A DNA stretch of 64,000 nt from Mobula hypostoma (Eukaryota), in contig NC_086097.1 of assembly GCF_963921235.1 (NCBI RefSeq), positions 35,962,001 through 36,026,000 on the forward strand. Reading direction: 5' to 3'. Positions within the stretch are counted from its first letter, which is position 1. Each line of letters starts with the position of its first letter. Positions 24,401 to 37,099 of the stretch are shown here, in pieces. The position numbers and the translations under genes are program-made. The notes beneath the pieces are model-generated. The model had not been told where the DNA came from, did not search any database, and worked only from the letters and a program-made list of their open reading frames with translations.

Positions 24401-26699
24401 AGCAGAATTGGGCACTCCCACCGCGCCCCCCCCCCCCACCCCGGGTAGTTCAGTTTCCCTTTGAATCCTAAAGATATGCCAGCTGCTCGGTGCATTCGCT
24501 ACAGCTATTTACACCTTGTGTTATTGAATGCTAGGAAAATCGACGGGGAGTTGATGGGCATTGAGTGAGAATTGGTTACGGGGAAATGGACTGGGTTGGG
24601 TTGTTCTGTGGGCTAGCATCCATTCAAGCTGCCATATTCTTTCTATGTTGCAAGAAAATATGAGCATCAAAGATACTTTATGAAATTGACTTCCCATTAT
24701 TTTGTTGTCCTTTCCAGGTTGGGCTGTGTAGAATACTGAATGCTAATTTCAGAAGTGCCGATTTTCAGACATGTACAATTTCAACATTTAAGAGAAATTT
24801 GGATGGGTACATGGATAGGAGGGGTGGAGGGCTATGGTCCTGGTGCAGGTCGATAGGGCGAGGCAGAATAATAGTATGGCATGGACTAGATGGGCCAAAA
24901 GGAATGTTTCTGTGCGGTAATATTCTTTGACTCTATAATTGACCAGGTTTGCCCCAATTATAGCTGCTGATGTGTTAGAATCTACAAAACACATGCAAGG
25001 TTAACCAGTGCTTTGAACCTGCTGTGCCCAATCCCCCTTTTCCCAATACCATATTCATTCATTCTTCTGGGCACTAAACATCAATCCATTTTGTCTTTGA
25101 ATATACTGAGAGTGTGAGCATCTACTGCTCAGCCCATTGATTAGCAGCATTTGAACAACAAAGTTACTCCTCACCTTAATGTTAAATGATTAACCCTTCA
25201 TTCTGAGACTGTGCATCTGGTTCTAGACATTCTAGCCAGAGGAGATATCCTCTTGGTACCTATCCTTTTCAAAATTCTTCAGATTTGTCTGTGTTTCAGT
25301 GAGATTAGAGAGAGCTTGTCCCAAAGCTGTGGGTTTTTGGTAGGTGACTTTGGGAATAACTCATCAAATATAAAAACAGGCAGTTGAAGTTATACAAACA
25401 TGCATGAGCATAATTACTAACAAAATGTTGTTTGCATTTTAAAATTCACTACTGCAAAGTCTCTTCTGGTGATACTTAAAACATTTATACAATTTTTCCT
25501 CGTGTTCGCGGTTTTACAATGTAATAAAATGTGTTGTTTATACATTCTAAGACAAGTATGAGCTGGAGTACAATATCTTATGTAGTCTAATGTATTAGTC
25601 AAGCAAGCTACTGTAAAGTTACAGCTGATATTTGGGTATGGCTACAGTGTCATACTATAGCTGATATGAATGTTTAAGCTTCTATTGTATTGAAATGCAC
25701 ACTTTAACGTTTGTCTGTGTAAGTTTGTTCTATCCCATTGAATACTACTTGTAATGCAGATGTGTAGTTTATTCAGACCGCAATCTGAATTGAGTATGGT
25801 GTAAATATAGTTTGACGATTCTCCATTTTTCTACAGCAGCATCACTTTAATATAACAGGCACAGTACTGTACTCCAGCTGAACCCAGACAAGTTTAAGTT
25901 TCTGTTGAAAAGTACAATTCAACAACGAAGTCAAAAAAAATTCAGAAAAGTTAAAATGACAAAGAAACTTGTATAATGGTAAAGCTTGAAAGTATGTCAC
26001 TGAATGTGTACCTTGCAACCCAGTAGTCTTATCCACGGTTGTATTCCTGTCTATAAGAGGAATGGAATTGCATGATATACATTACCACTGGCTCCACCTT
26101 ACTAAAACCCTTCACAATAGATTCTTTCTTTTCCTTCAGTTTACTCCCCCACAGCCTTAGATCTTGTTTCACTATCTAAGTCAGACCATTCAAAATGTAA
26201 ACCCGTTTTCACTTTGTATAATCCTGTATTGTAAGTTTTATCCAGACATAAGAATGTATTGTGCATTGTTTGGTGATTATGTGAACTAGCTTGTTCTGCA
26301 TTGCAGGATCTCAGCAAAGGCTTATTTTCCCAACCAATCACACATCATATTCTGTAAGATTGCTTAGTGAAGAATTAATTGAACCACAATAACTATAGAA
26401 TAATTCTTTTATGATGGACCAAAGGCTGCAATAACTTTGGGCCTAGAACCTGTAGCAGAACCTGTAACATTCACAATGTTAGCCTCAATGGCCACTCAAG
26501 CATACTCACCCTTCCTCTGATGAGGTGACTGTTCCTGCTCACTTCACTGTGCATTAGAACAGACACGAGAAAGTTTGGAGGGCCCAGCCTCCAGAAGGAA
26601 CAATGAAAGTGGCAGTGAAGGGTCCATCTCACTATCTAAACAAAGAGGTGAGTGGAAAGAGTGACAAAAACAAGTATCAAAATGCAATTACAAAGAAAC

Positions 26700-27022
26700 A
26701 TCAATAAATCACTATTTTATACTGTATTTGTTTAAAAAACATACATGGTCAATATTTAACCATCTGGTCCATTCTCAACAAGAAAAACACTACACATTAA
26801 GTACACAATATTCCAACCAAATACATATGGTCAAAAACAAACTTTAATCTAAGTGCTCTTCTTTATCGATTTATGAAGAAGCCAAATTTCTAACCAGGGA
26901 ATATACACGAGGACCTGAATGCAGACTCGTCGATGAGTGCGGCCTACACAGCACTGGCATATGCACCAGACAGAATGAGGAGAGGTATTAATGTAGCAGC
27001 TCATCCTGTATGGAACTCCATG
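26700..27022 (-). other. Probable 3' UTR of the SERTAD4-like gene
   Basis: Unique AT-rich sequence follows the stop. A variant poly(A) signal TATAAA lies at about 26721-26716, followed by a U/GU-rich tract on the minus strand. Confidence 0.4.
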
Positions 27023-27385
27023 TTAGGAAGTACTTTTCCCCAAATGACCATTTGGGAAACCAAGTCCATAAATGACATTGCTTGAAGAAAAAGGCACAAA
27101 GGAATATGAACCAATCCCTTCATAATACAAAGACTGGGAACATCCACTATAATCTTTCATCATATATTTCACTCTTTTATGTGCATCGTTATATAGGTGT
27201 GTTGAGGCCTTATTAAATTGTTCAGTGTAATCATAGACTTCCTTCTCTGTTTCAATATGGATTTTCCTCAATAAATTGTTTATTAACACAGCCCTTCGAA
27301 GATAGATTTCAGGATCTTCAAGAATCCTTAATTTTTCTAGTGAAAGTCTCAGAATACATGTTCGATCTTCAGGAAAGATCAAGTT
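27023..27385 (-). CDS. SERTAD4: SERTA domain-containing protein 4-like, last coding exon ([43 protein letters not shown]...STS*)
   Basis: The translation matches the SERTA motif of vertebrate SERTAD4 ([37 protein letters not shown], recalled). The minus-strand acceptor is ...ttttccag|AAC (AG at 27387-27386), phase 0, and the TAA stop is at 27025-27023. It may be a paralog rather than the ortholog. Confidence 0.9.
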   Translation of the reverse strand, partial: NLIFPEDRTCILRLSLEKLRILEDPEIYLRRAVLINNLLRKIHIETEKEVYDYTEQFNKASTHLYNDAHKRVKYMMKDYSGCSQSLYYEGIGSYSFVPFSSSNVIYGLGFPNGHLGKSTS

Positions 27386-27553
27386 CTGGAAAACAGAACA
27401 CTTTGATGTTTAATCACAGTGTCAATATGCCCATTGACAGAAAACAGTTTCCTATGCTTGATACAAATTGACAGATTGCTGGATGGATTTTACTACGTTA
27501 ACTTTTGATTTATCTGTTTTGATTTCATTATCAAATGACAAAATAGATCTTAC

Positions 27554-27668
27554 TTTTGGAAAGTACCCATGGTAAACTTTATGTAAATCTTCTTCTTCAG
27601 CATATTTTCTCTTGAAGTATGCTACTTTCGACGTTGTTAATGAATTTTGAAAATTTTCTGTCAATTTT
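27554..27668 (-). CDS. SERTAD4: SERTAD4-like penultimate coding exon (KLTENFQNSLTTSKVAYFKRKYAEEEDLHKVYHGYFPK)
   Basis: It matches SERTAD4 TTSKITYFKRKYVEEEDF. The donor AAA|gtaag at 27553 is phase 0 and joins in frame to the next exon across a 168-bp intron. The 5' boundary is uncertain: the exon could start at 27668, 27696 or 27657. Confidence 0.85.
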
Positions 27669-28249
27669 CTGTAACAGGAACACAAAATATTCTCATCTGA
27701 GTAAATGGAAACTTCTTATCATGATCACAAAAACAGAAGTTTGAGTAATGTACTTTGGATTGTTACATCTGATATTTTCTCATTTTCATCTGTGTCAAGG
27801 ATTACATAAACAGACATCTATTATGATCTGGAGAGGATATTCTTCTTTTCAGTGCTCGGAGAAGTCACAGTCTAAGCCAGAGAACATTATACTGAACCTA
27901 CATTTGACAGATGTTATTAGAAGATAACATGCATAATCATCTATGTTCTGTCTTCTTGTGATGAACTACCTGAACACCACAACACAGGCTTCAAAAAAAT
28001 ATGCTTTTAAAAGATAAATGAATGAACAATGTTCTCTTAAATATAGAAAATGAAATATTTACATGTATCCTTAATGAAATAAAACAACAAAGACGTGCAC
28101 TCTTAAATGAGTTTTGCCATTAGCTCTCCCTAGTTAAACATAAACATAAATCTCTGGTGACTTTAAATAAAATAGTTTTACAAGTCTTGGTTGTGAAGTT
28201 TAACCTCACTAGAGTCTGTCAACATTGAACATAGCACAACAGCACAGTA

Positions 28250-28815
28250 CTGAGGTCCTTTAACATCTGTCGGACGATGCTAACGATGTTCTACAAGTCT
28301 GTGGTGGCCAGTGCTATCATGTTTGCTGTTGTGTGCTGGGGCAGCAGGCTGAGGGTAGCAGACACCAACAGAATCAACAAACTCATTCGTAAGGCCAGTG
28401 ATGTTGTGGGGATGGAACTGGACTCTCTGCCGGTGGTGTCTGAAAGGAGGATGCCGTCCAAGTTGCATGCCATCTTGGATAATGTCTCCCATCCACTACA
28501 TAATGTATTGGTTGGGCACAGGAGTACATTCAGCCAGAGACTCATTCCACCGCGATGCAACACAGAGCATCATAGGAAGTCATTCCTGCCTGTGGCCATC
28601 AAACTTTACAACTCCTCCCTTGGAGGGTCAGACACCCTGAGCCAATAGGCTGGTCCTGGACTTATTTCCTGGCATAATTTACATATTACTATATAATTAT
28701 TTATGATTTTATTACTATTTAATTATTTATGGTGCAACTGTAACGAAAACCAATTTCCCCCGGGATCAATAAAGTATGACTATGACTATGACTATGACTA
28801 TGACTATGACTATGA
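28250..28815 (+). mobile_element. Young Rex1/Babar LINE 3' fragment with an (ATGACT)n tail, inserted in a minus-strand CR1 tail
   Basis: It is highly similar to about 16335-16885. The host cagcacagtac|aggcccttc is split with no clear TSD. Confidence 0.9.
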
Positions 28816-29999
28816 CAGGCCCTTCAGTCCACAATGTTGTGCCAGCTTTTTAACATACTCTAAGATCAATTTAACCCTACCCTCTTATATAGCCTTCCAT
28901 TTTTCTATCATCAATGTGACTATCTAAGATTGCCTTAAATGATCCTAATGTATCTACCTCCACCAGCTCAAACACCAACCCCACCCCCTGCCCCGAATGG
29001 GCATCCTACTGTCTAACATAAAGTTTAGGTTTGCCAAACAGATAACCATAAAGAATTCTAACTGGCTGATTTCTCTCTTTAGACTCCTACAAGTCTTCCC
29101 CCCCAGGGTAGAACCTTCATTTGATCAAAACCCAGGTGAGTTGCAAATACCCAGATGAATGCCTTTGGTAATTAATTACAGGTTGGAGGTTTTCATTAAT
29201 CATTTTTAAAGAAAGTGCCACTCATTAAGATACCAGTTGTTGAATCTGCAAACAGCCCAGACAAACCTCAAATGTAGCATTTGAACATATAATTGAGGCA
29301 AATATATCAATGTAGTACCGAGGAATTGCTACCTTCAGTCCAAAGGGATATCAAATCAAGATCTCTTCTGCCTATTCAACTGGATAGAAAATATGACAAG
29401 ATACTAATCAAAGTAGGGAAAAGTCTTAATCAATTCATCACCCTCTAGAATTACCAAAAACAACTAATTAGTCAATTCTCTAAAGTAGCTCATTGGGCAT
29501 GAAGAACATTTGGATTCCTGTGATCCCAAAACACACTAGATAACTATATTTCTTCTTTCTTGATATGTAAATCATAACATTTCTTTCAGTCTTACAATGT
29601 AGAGACCCTCATACTCCCCGTGATGGAAGCTGAACAGATGTGTGTTTTATTGAGAGAAACACCATGTGGTTTCCTATTTCGTCCATAACAGCTGCCTGTC
29701 ACATTATAAAACATGGCATCAAAATTCAACAGAGAATGAACAGCATTCTTGTCAAAAATTACACAAGCAATAGTCTTGTAGTCATAGAGTCAACATTGTA
29801 CACCACAGAACAGGCCTTTTGGCCCATTGCATCCATGCCAGCCATTTTGCCCATCTACACTAATCCTATTTGCGAAGATTAGTTCTGTATCCTTCCGTGC
29901 CATGCCCTTACATGTCACTTAAACATGGTGATTGTACCACCACCTGCAACGCGTTTTGGATTTCAAACAATCTGCGTAAAATGACTTTCTCATTAGGTC

Positions 30000-30520
30000 C
30001 CCTCTCACCTTAAATCTGATTCCCATTCCCGTTCTGACATGTTGATCCATGGCCTCCTTGTGCCAAGATGATGCCATCCCAGGGTGGAAGAGCAACACCT
30101 TATATTCCGTAAGGGTGTCCTCCATCCTGATGATATGAATACGATTTCCAGTGAACGAAATTCCCCTGCCCCTTCCTCTATTTCCCACTCTGATCTTTTA
30201 GTTCTCACCTGCCTATTACCTTCTCCTGGGTCCCTTTCTCCTATTGTCCACTCTCCTCTCCTATCAGGTTCTTTCTTCTCCAGCCCTTGACCTTTCCCAC
30301 CCACCTAGATTCATGCATCACCTTCCAGCTAGCCTCTTCCCTGCCTAAACTTTTTAATTCAGACATCTCCCCACTCGCTCTCAGTTCTGAAGCAGGGTCT
30401 TAGCCTGAAACATCAACTTTTTACTCTTTTCCATAGATGCTGCCAGACCTGCTGAGTTCCTGCAGCATTTTGTGTGTGTTGCTTTGGATTTCTAGCATCT
30501 GCAGATTTTCTCATATTTGT
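30000..30520 (+). mobile_element. Penelope 3' fragment (GIY-YIG end plus pLTR)
   Basis: It encodes EEQHLIFRKGVLHPDDMN and contains a pLTR with a degenerate hammerhead at about 30382-30418. Confidence 0.8.
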
Positions 30521-30725
30521 GAGTCAACCCTATGCCATTTTGTTTTTGATACGGCTGACATGGGAGAAGTTTCTGACTATCTACGCTACCTATGCCTCTT
30601 AATATTTTATATACCTCTATCAGATCACCCCTGAGACCTCTTTTGTTCTATGGGAAAAAGCCCAATCTTCCTAATCTATCCTAATAATTAAAGTCCTCCT
30701 ATCCAGGCATCCTACTGGTGAATTC

Positions 30726-32405
30726 ACTATGGAAGCCACTAGCAGTATGGTGGAAGTTCCAGATGCCAGGGAGCATGAAGTGTGTGAAGTTACCATAAAT
30801 AGGGAGAAGGTTCTTGGGAAACTGAAAGGTCTGAAGGTAGATAGGTCACCAGAACAATATGGTGTGCACCCCAGGGTTCTGAAAGAGGTGGCTGAAGAGA
30901 TTGTGGAGGCATTGGTAATGATCTTTCAAGAATCTCTAAGTTCTGGAATGGTTCCAGAAGACTGGAAAATTGCAACTGTCACTCCACTCTTCATGAAGGA
31001 AGAGAGACTGAAGAAAGCAAACTATAGGCTAGTTAATCTGACCTCAGTGGCTAGGAAGATACTGGAGTCGATTATTAAAGATGGGGTCTAAGGGTACTTG
31101 AAGGCACATGATAAATTAGGCCATAGTCAGCATGGTTTCAAGTGAAAATCTTGCCTGAAAAATCTGTTGGAATTCTTTGAATTAGTAACAATCAGGATAG
31201 ACAAAGGAGAATAACTTGACATTGTGTACTTGGATTTTCAGAAGGCCTTTGACAAGGTGCCACACATGAGGCCGCTTAACAAGCTATGAGCCCATGGTAT
31301 TACAGGAAAGGTTCTAGCATGGATAAGGTGGTGACTGACTGGCAGGAGACAAAAAAAGAGAATAAAGGGAGCCTTTTCTGACTGGCTGCTGGTGACTAGC
31401 GCTGTTCTACAGGGGTCTGTGTCGGGGTCAATTCTTTTCACATTATGTCAGTGATTTGGATGATAGAATTGATGGCTTTGTTGCAAAGTTTGCAGACGTT
31501 ATGAAGATAGGTGGAGGACCAGGTAGTTTTGAGAAAGTGGAGAGGTTACAGAAGGACTTAGACAGATTAGGAGAATGGGCAAAGAAATGGCATATAGAAT
31601 ATAGTACCATGCAGGATATGGTCATGCACTTTGGTAGAAGAAATGAAAGGGTTGTTGACTTTCTAAATGGAGAGAAAATTCAAAAAACTAAGACACAATG
31701 CAGTCCTTGTGTAGGATTCCCTAAATGCTAATTTGCAGGTTGAGACTGTGGTGAGGAAGGCAAAGGCAATGTTAGCATTCATTTCAAGAGGACTAGAATA
31801 TAAAAGCAAGGATGTAATGTTGACACTTAATAAAGCACTGGTGAGGCCTCACTTGGAGTATTGTGAGAAGGTTTTCACCCCTTATCTGTGAAAGGATGTG
31901 CTGAAACTGGAGAGGGTTCAAAGGAGGTTCACGAAAATAATTCCAGGATTGAATGGCTTGTCATATGAAGAGCGTTTGATGGATCTGGGCCTGTGTTCAC
32001 AGGAATTCAGAAGAATGAGGGGTGACCTCATTGAAACCTATCGAATAGTGAAAGGCCTTCACAGAGCAGATGTGGAGAGGATATTTCCTATGATGGGAGT
32101 GTCTAAGACCAGAAGACATAGCCTCAGAATAGAGGGGCATCCTATTAGAATGGAGATGAGGAAGAATTTCTTTAGCCAGAGGGTGATGAATCTGTCGAAT
32201 TCTTTGCCACGTGCAGCTGTGGAAACCAAGTATATTTAAGGCAGAGGTTGATTGATTCTTCATTGGTCAGTGCATGAAGGGATACGGGGAAAAGGCAGGA
32301 GATTGGGGCTGGGAGGAAATTTGGGTCAGCCATGATAAAATAGCAGAGAAGACTCAATGGGCTATATAGCCTAATTCTGCTCCTAAATCTTACAGTCTTA
32401 TGGTC
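30726..32405 (+). mobile_element. CR1 LINE, 5'-truncated (RT region), inserted in an older minus-strand CR1
   Basis: Motifs include VPEDWKIATVTPLF, YLDFQKAFDKVPH, KFADVMK and MRKNFFSQRV. The tail is (tcttatgg)-like and the TSD is GAATTC at 30720-30725 and 32406-32411. Confidence 0.9.
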
Positions 32406-34099
32406 GAATTCCTCTGCATTGTCTCCAGTTCAGTCCAATCTTCCCTATAGTGCAGCAACCAGAACTACGTACAAAACTTCAAAGTAGTCTAACCAGTGTT
32501 TTGTAAATTTGCAACAAAATGTCCTAACTATTTTACTCTATACCTCAACCAGTCATGCCATATGCTTTCTTCACAATCCTATCGCTCCATTTTCTCACTT
32601 TTGTTGAACTATGAGCTTGAAACCCAAGGTCTCTCTATTCATCAACATTCCCTACTGCTCTTCCACTTAGTGTGAATGCCATACCCCTATCAGGCTTCCC
32701 AAAATGTTTCACTTTGCACTTGTCAGGATTAAATTCCACCTGACAATGCTCTACCCAACCTCCTATCTGATATATACACTAACAATTAATTGTTAGAAAA
32801 ATGATATGGTTTCCAGCTCTTATAGAAAACAAGGAGTGTTAGAAAGCCAGTACAGTATCAAATTCATTCTGTAATTACTAAGTAATACTATTATTACATT
32901 CTGAAGCTCTGATCCTGAATTTTAAAGCATTAACTCAGAGCATCAACCAAAGAGAGTAATATTTTGTTTCATCATTAGTAATCTTACAGTCTCAGGTTTG
33001 AAAAATGTAAATAACATTTTACAGCTACTGAATGAATTCTTATAAAAAGAAACTCACACTAATATCAATTGGCAATGTGTTGAATGTTTGGTACAATTTG
33101 GCAGGCTATTGTATGGATTTCACTACATCAACTTTTGATTTATCTATTTCAATTAGCAGAAGTGCAGTAACTTTCTCGAATACATACAGTATTTCATACA
33201 AATTACTTCAGATATCTGATTAGAATTGCCTGTACATCACCAGACACAAATAGGAATCTTTTAGTTATTTTAATGACTGAATAACCTTGCCAAAATTGCT
33301 ATCTCCCTTTCCATTTTAATATGGATGATTTGCAGAATCTCTGTCTGAAGACTGGCCATTTTTATAATACCAGCAAATTTGGGTAGGGCATTAAACAACT
33401 AATGTCTGATACATTCTAGTGGGTAAAAAACTAAGTCAACCTTGACTGGTTCTAGATAAAATACTTGTGTTCCTTAATAAAGATTAAGAAGAGAATAAGT
33501 ATTTTTGTGCTTTGTAATTATACATGGGATACTAATATTTTAAAAAAAGTTTAACTAAGATTTGTAGCAATAAATATTGAAATCAATCAACTTATTTAAA
33601 ATAGTTTTAGACCCAGGGGATATCCATAGACAAATGGGGAGAAAAATGGCAGACAGAATTCCAGACAAAGATTTGTGTAATTACATATTTATAAAAGGCA
33701 GACATGGACAAGGAGCTGCACAATAAATAGTAGCATACTCAAATGTATGCACTTTGGAGTGCCAAGTACAAAAAGTATCAAGTCAATCAGATTATGTTAA
33801 GAATGAATATGGGAGGTTTACCTATATTGACTGTGGCATGAAATTTAGGAACAAAACTATCATGCACCATTTAGGACGCAGCTAGACAGAAAAAAAACAA
33901 GAGTTTCCCATATTACAGAGAGGATGCATTAGTAATAGAGGATAATGTATAGATGCTATCAGGTTTAGTTATTAGGAAAGATTCACCAGACTGGTACTGC
34001 TCAGTAATTGATAATTGGTACACTATTGTCATGTGGACAGCTTTTATTAGTGGTGCAGCCGCAGCTGAATCAGTTAAGGAGGCTTCACGCAGCTCCAGG

Positions 34100-36845
34100 A
34101 GCGAGAGATTTAAAAAAGGAGCTTTCGTGGGATTCCAGTTTTATTTGGCAGCTCAGTCACAATTCAATAGCAAGGGAAAATAAAAATAAGGCAGGAACAA
34201 TTGGAGCGGGCATTGTTTGAGTGGACCAGGGTTAGAGGGGGGAGCTTTGCTTTTTTCAGACTTTGCAGTGAGAATGGCTCCAGAGATTGTGTTGAGTTCT
34301 TTGTGTGAGATGTGGGAATCCTGGGAGATCTCCAGCCTCCTGGGTAACCACATCGGCACCAATTGCACTGAGCCACAGCTCCTCAGAGAACGTGTTGAGG
34401 AACTGGAGCTTCAGCTTGATGGCCTTCAGCTCACAGGTGAAAACGAGATGGTGATATATAAAAGCTACAGGGAGGTTGTCACCCCTAAGTTGCAGAAGGC
34501 AGGTAAATGGGTGCCTGTTAGGAGAGGGAAGGGAAATGGGCAGCCAGTTCAGAGTGTCGCTGTGGCCATTCCCTTCAATAATAGTTACATATTTTTGGAT
34601 ACTGCTGAGGGGGGGGGGCGACCTACCGGGTGGGAGCTGTAGCGCCAGGGTCTCTGGCATTGAGTCTGGCACCGTGGCTCAGAGGGGATGGGGGAGAAGA
34701 GGAATGCAACAGCGATAGAGGATTCTGTAGTTAGAGGAGTAGACACGAGATTCTGTGGACATGATAGAGACACCCGGATGGCATGTTGCTCCCCAGATGT
34801 CAGGGTCAGGGACATCTTGCATTGGGCCCACAATATTCTAAAGTTCAGCCAGAAGTTTTGGTATATATTGGTTGCAATGACATAGGTAGGAAAAGCGAGG
34901 AGGTCCTGAAGAGAGGATTTAGGGGGCTAGGTAGAAAGCTTAGAAGCAGGACTTCCAGGACAGCAATCTCTGGATTGCTGCCTGTGCCACAGGCCGGACA
35001 GGGTAAGAATAGAATGTTTTGGCAGATCAATGTGTGGCTGAGAAACTGGTGCAAGGGGCAGAGTTTCAGGTTTCTGGATCATTGGGATCTATTCTGGGGA
35101 AGATATGACTTGTACAAAAGAGGTGGATTACACCTGAGTCTAAGGGAGACAATATCCTTGCAGGTAGGTTTGCTAGAGCTGTTGGGGAGGGTGTAAACTA
35201 ATTTGGCAGGGGAATTGGAACCTGAGTGACGGGGCTGAGGACAGGGCTGTTGATTTACAAGCAGAATCGGTTTGTTGTGAGACTTTCAGGAAGGACAGGC
35301 AGATGACAGGGCAAAATTGCAGTCAGTTTTAAAAAGGGGAGCAAAAACAAAAAGGGTGATGGATAAAGGACTAAAGGTATTATATTTGAATGCATGCAGT
35401 ATACGGGAATAAGGTGGAGGTAGCAGAGGTAGAGTCTGACAGGTATGGCGTTGTGGGCATCACTAGGTTATATTTGGGAGCTTAACATCCAAGTTTACAC
35501 ATTGTATCAAAAGGGCAAGCAGGCTGGCAGATGAAGTGGTGTGGCTCATTTGGTAGAAATTGAAATCAAATCCTTAGAAAGTGGTGACATAGATCAGAAG
35601 ATGTAGAATCTTTGCAGGTAGAGTTAGGAGACTGCAAGCAGGATAGACAAAGGAGAAACTGGTGAGTGTTGTGCATTCGCATTTTCAGAAGGCCTTTGAC
35701 AAGTGCTGTACATGAGGCTACTCAACAAGTTAGGAGCCCATGGTATTACAGGAAAGATACTAGCATGGACAGAGCATTGGCTGATTGACAGGAGGCAAAG
35801 AGTGGGAATAAATGGAGCCTTTTCTGATTGGCTGTTGGTGACTATTGGTGTTCCACTGGGGTTGGTGTTGGGACCACTTCATTTTAAGTTATACATCAAT
35901 TATTTGGATGATGGAATTGATTGCTTTGTGGCCAAGTTTGTGGACAATACAAAGCGAGGTGGAGGGACAGGTAGCGTTGACGAAGCAGGGAGGCTGCAGA
36001 AGGATTTAGACAGATTAAGAGATTGGGTAATAAGTGGCAGATGGAATACCAGTAACAGGAATGCATGGCTATACATTTTGGTAGAAGGAATAAAAGCATA
36101 TACTATATCCTAAATGGGCAGAAAATTCAAAAATCCAAGGTACAAACAGACTTGGGAGTCCTTGTGCAGGATTCCCTGAAAGTTAATCGGCAGGTTGAGT
36201 CAGTGGTGAGGAAGGCAAATGCAATGTTAGCATTCATTTTGACAGGACTGGAATATAAAAGCAAGGATGTAATGCTGAGGCTTAATAAGGCACTGGTGAG
36301 GCCTCACTTGGAGTACTGTGAGCAGCTTTGGGTCCTGTATTTAAGGACGTGCTGTCTTTAGAAAGAGTTCAGTGGAGGTTCACAAGAATGATTCCAGGAA
36401 TGAAAGGCATATCATATGAGGAGTGATTAATGGCTCTGTGCCTTTAAATGTCGCAATTTAGAAGAATGATGGGAAATCTCATTCAAACCTATCGAATATT
36501 GAAAGACCTAGAAAGAGTGGATGTGGAGAGGATGTTTCCTGTGGTGGGGGGCTGTAGGACCAGAGGACACAACCTCAGAATAGAGAAACATCCATTTAGA
36601 ACAGAGATGAGGAGGAATTTCTTCAGCCACAGGGAGGCGAATCTATGGAATTCATTGCCACGGGCAGCTGTGGAGGCCGGGTCAAGTGGACGTTAATAGG
36701 TTTTTGATTAGTCAGGGCGTTGAAGGTTACAGGGAGAAGACAGGAGACTGGGGTTGAGAGGGAAATGGATCAGCCATGATGAAATGGCAGAGCAGACCCA
36801 ACAGGCCAAATGGGCTAATTCTGCTCCTATGTCTTGTGGTTGTAT
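34100..36845 (+). mobile_element. CR1 LINE with ORF1 (Zn-finger/leucine zipper plus SGNH esterase) and an internally deleted ORF2
   Basis: ORF1 motifs are CEMWE...CTEPQLLRERVEELELQLD, DSVVRG, YIGCNDIG and GLHL. The APE start KVLYLNA jumps at about 35640 to the RT region. Confidence 0.85.
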
Positions 36846-37099
36846 ATACTGAGATGAAGAGAAAAGCTTTGGTAAGTACATGTAGATAGCACAAAATGTT
36901 TCTTGGGAAATTGAGACCTAATCAAAGTGTGTAAAATTCTGAGAGATTTGGTGGATCTAAAGGAGAAAATGTCTACGGGCTACAGATTCAACACATGGAT
37001 AGATTATAGGACAGGATAGATTATCGTCGTCCCTGGATGATGACTCCATACAGTAATAGGGATTTGGGAAAACATAGCAAGCCCTTGAAGAAAGAGAGG

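Noticed and set aside
24700..26400. Plus-strand acceptor-like tracts and AATAAA suggesting a convergent terminal exon
   Set aside because: There is no ORF or linked donors, and such signals are common in AT-rich DNA.
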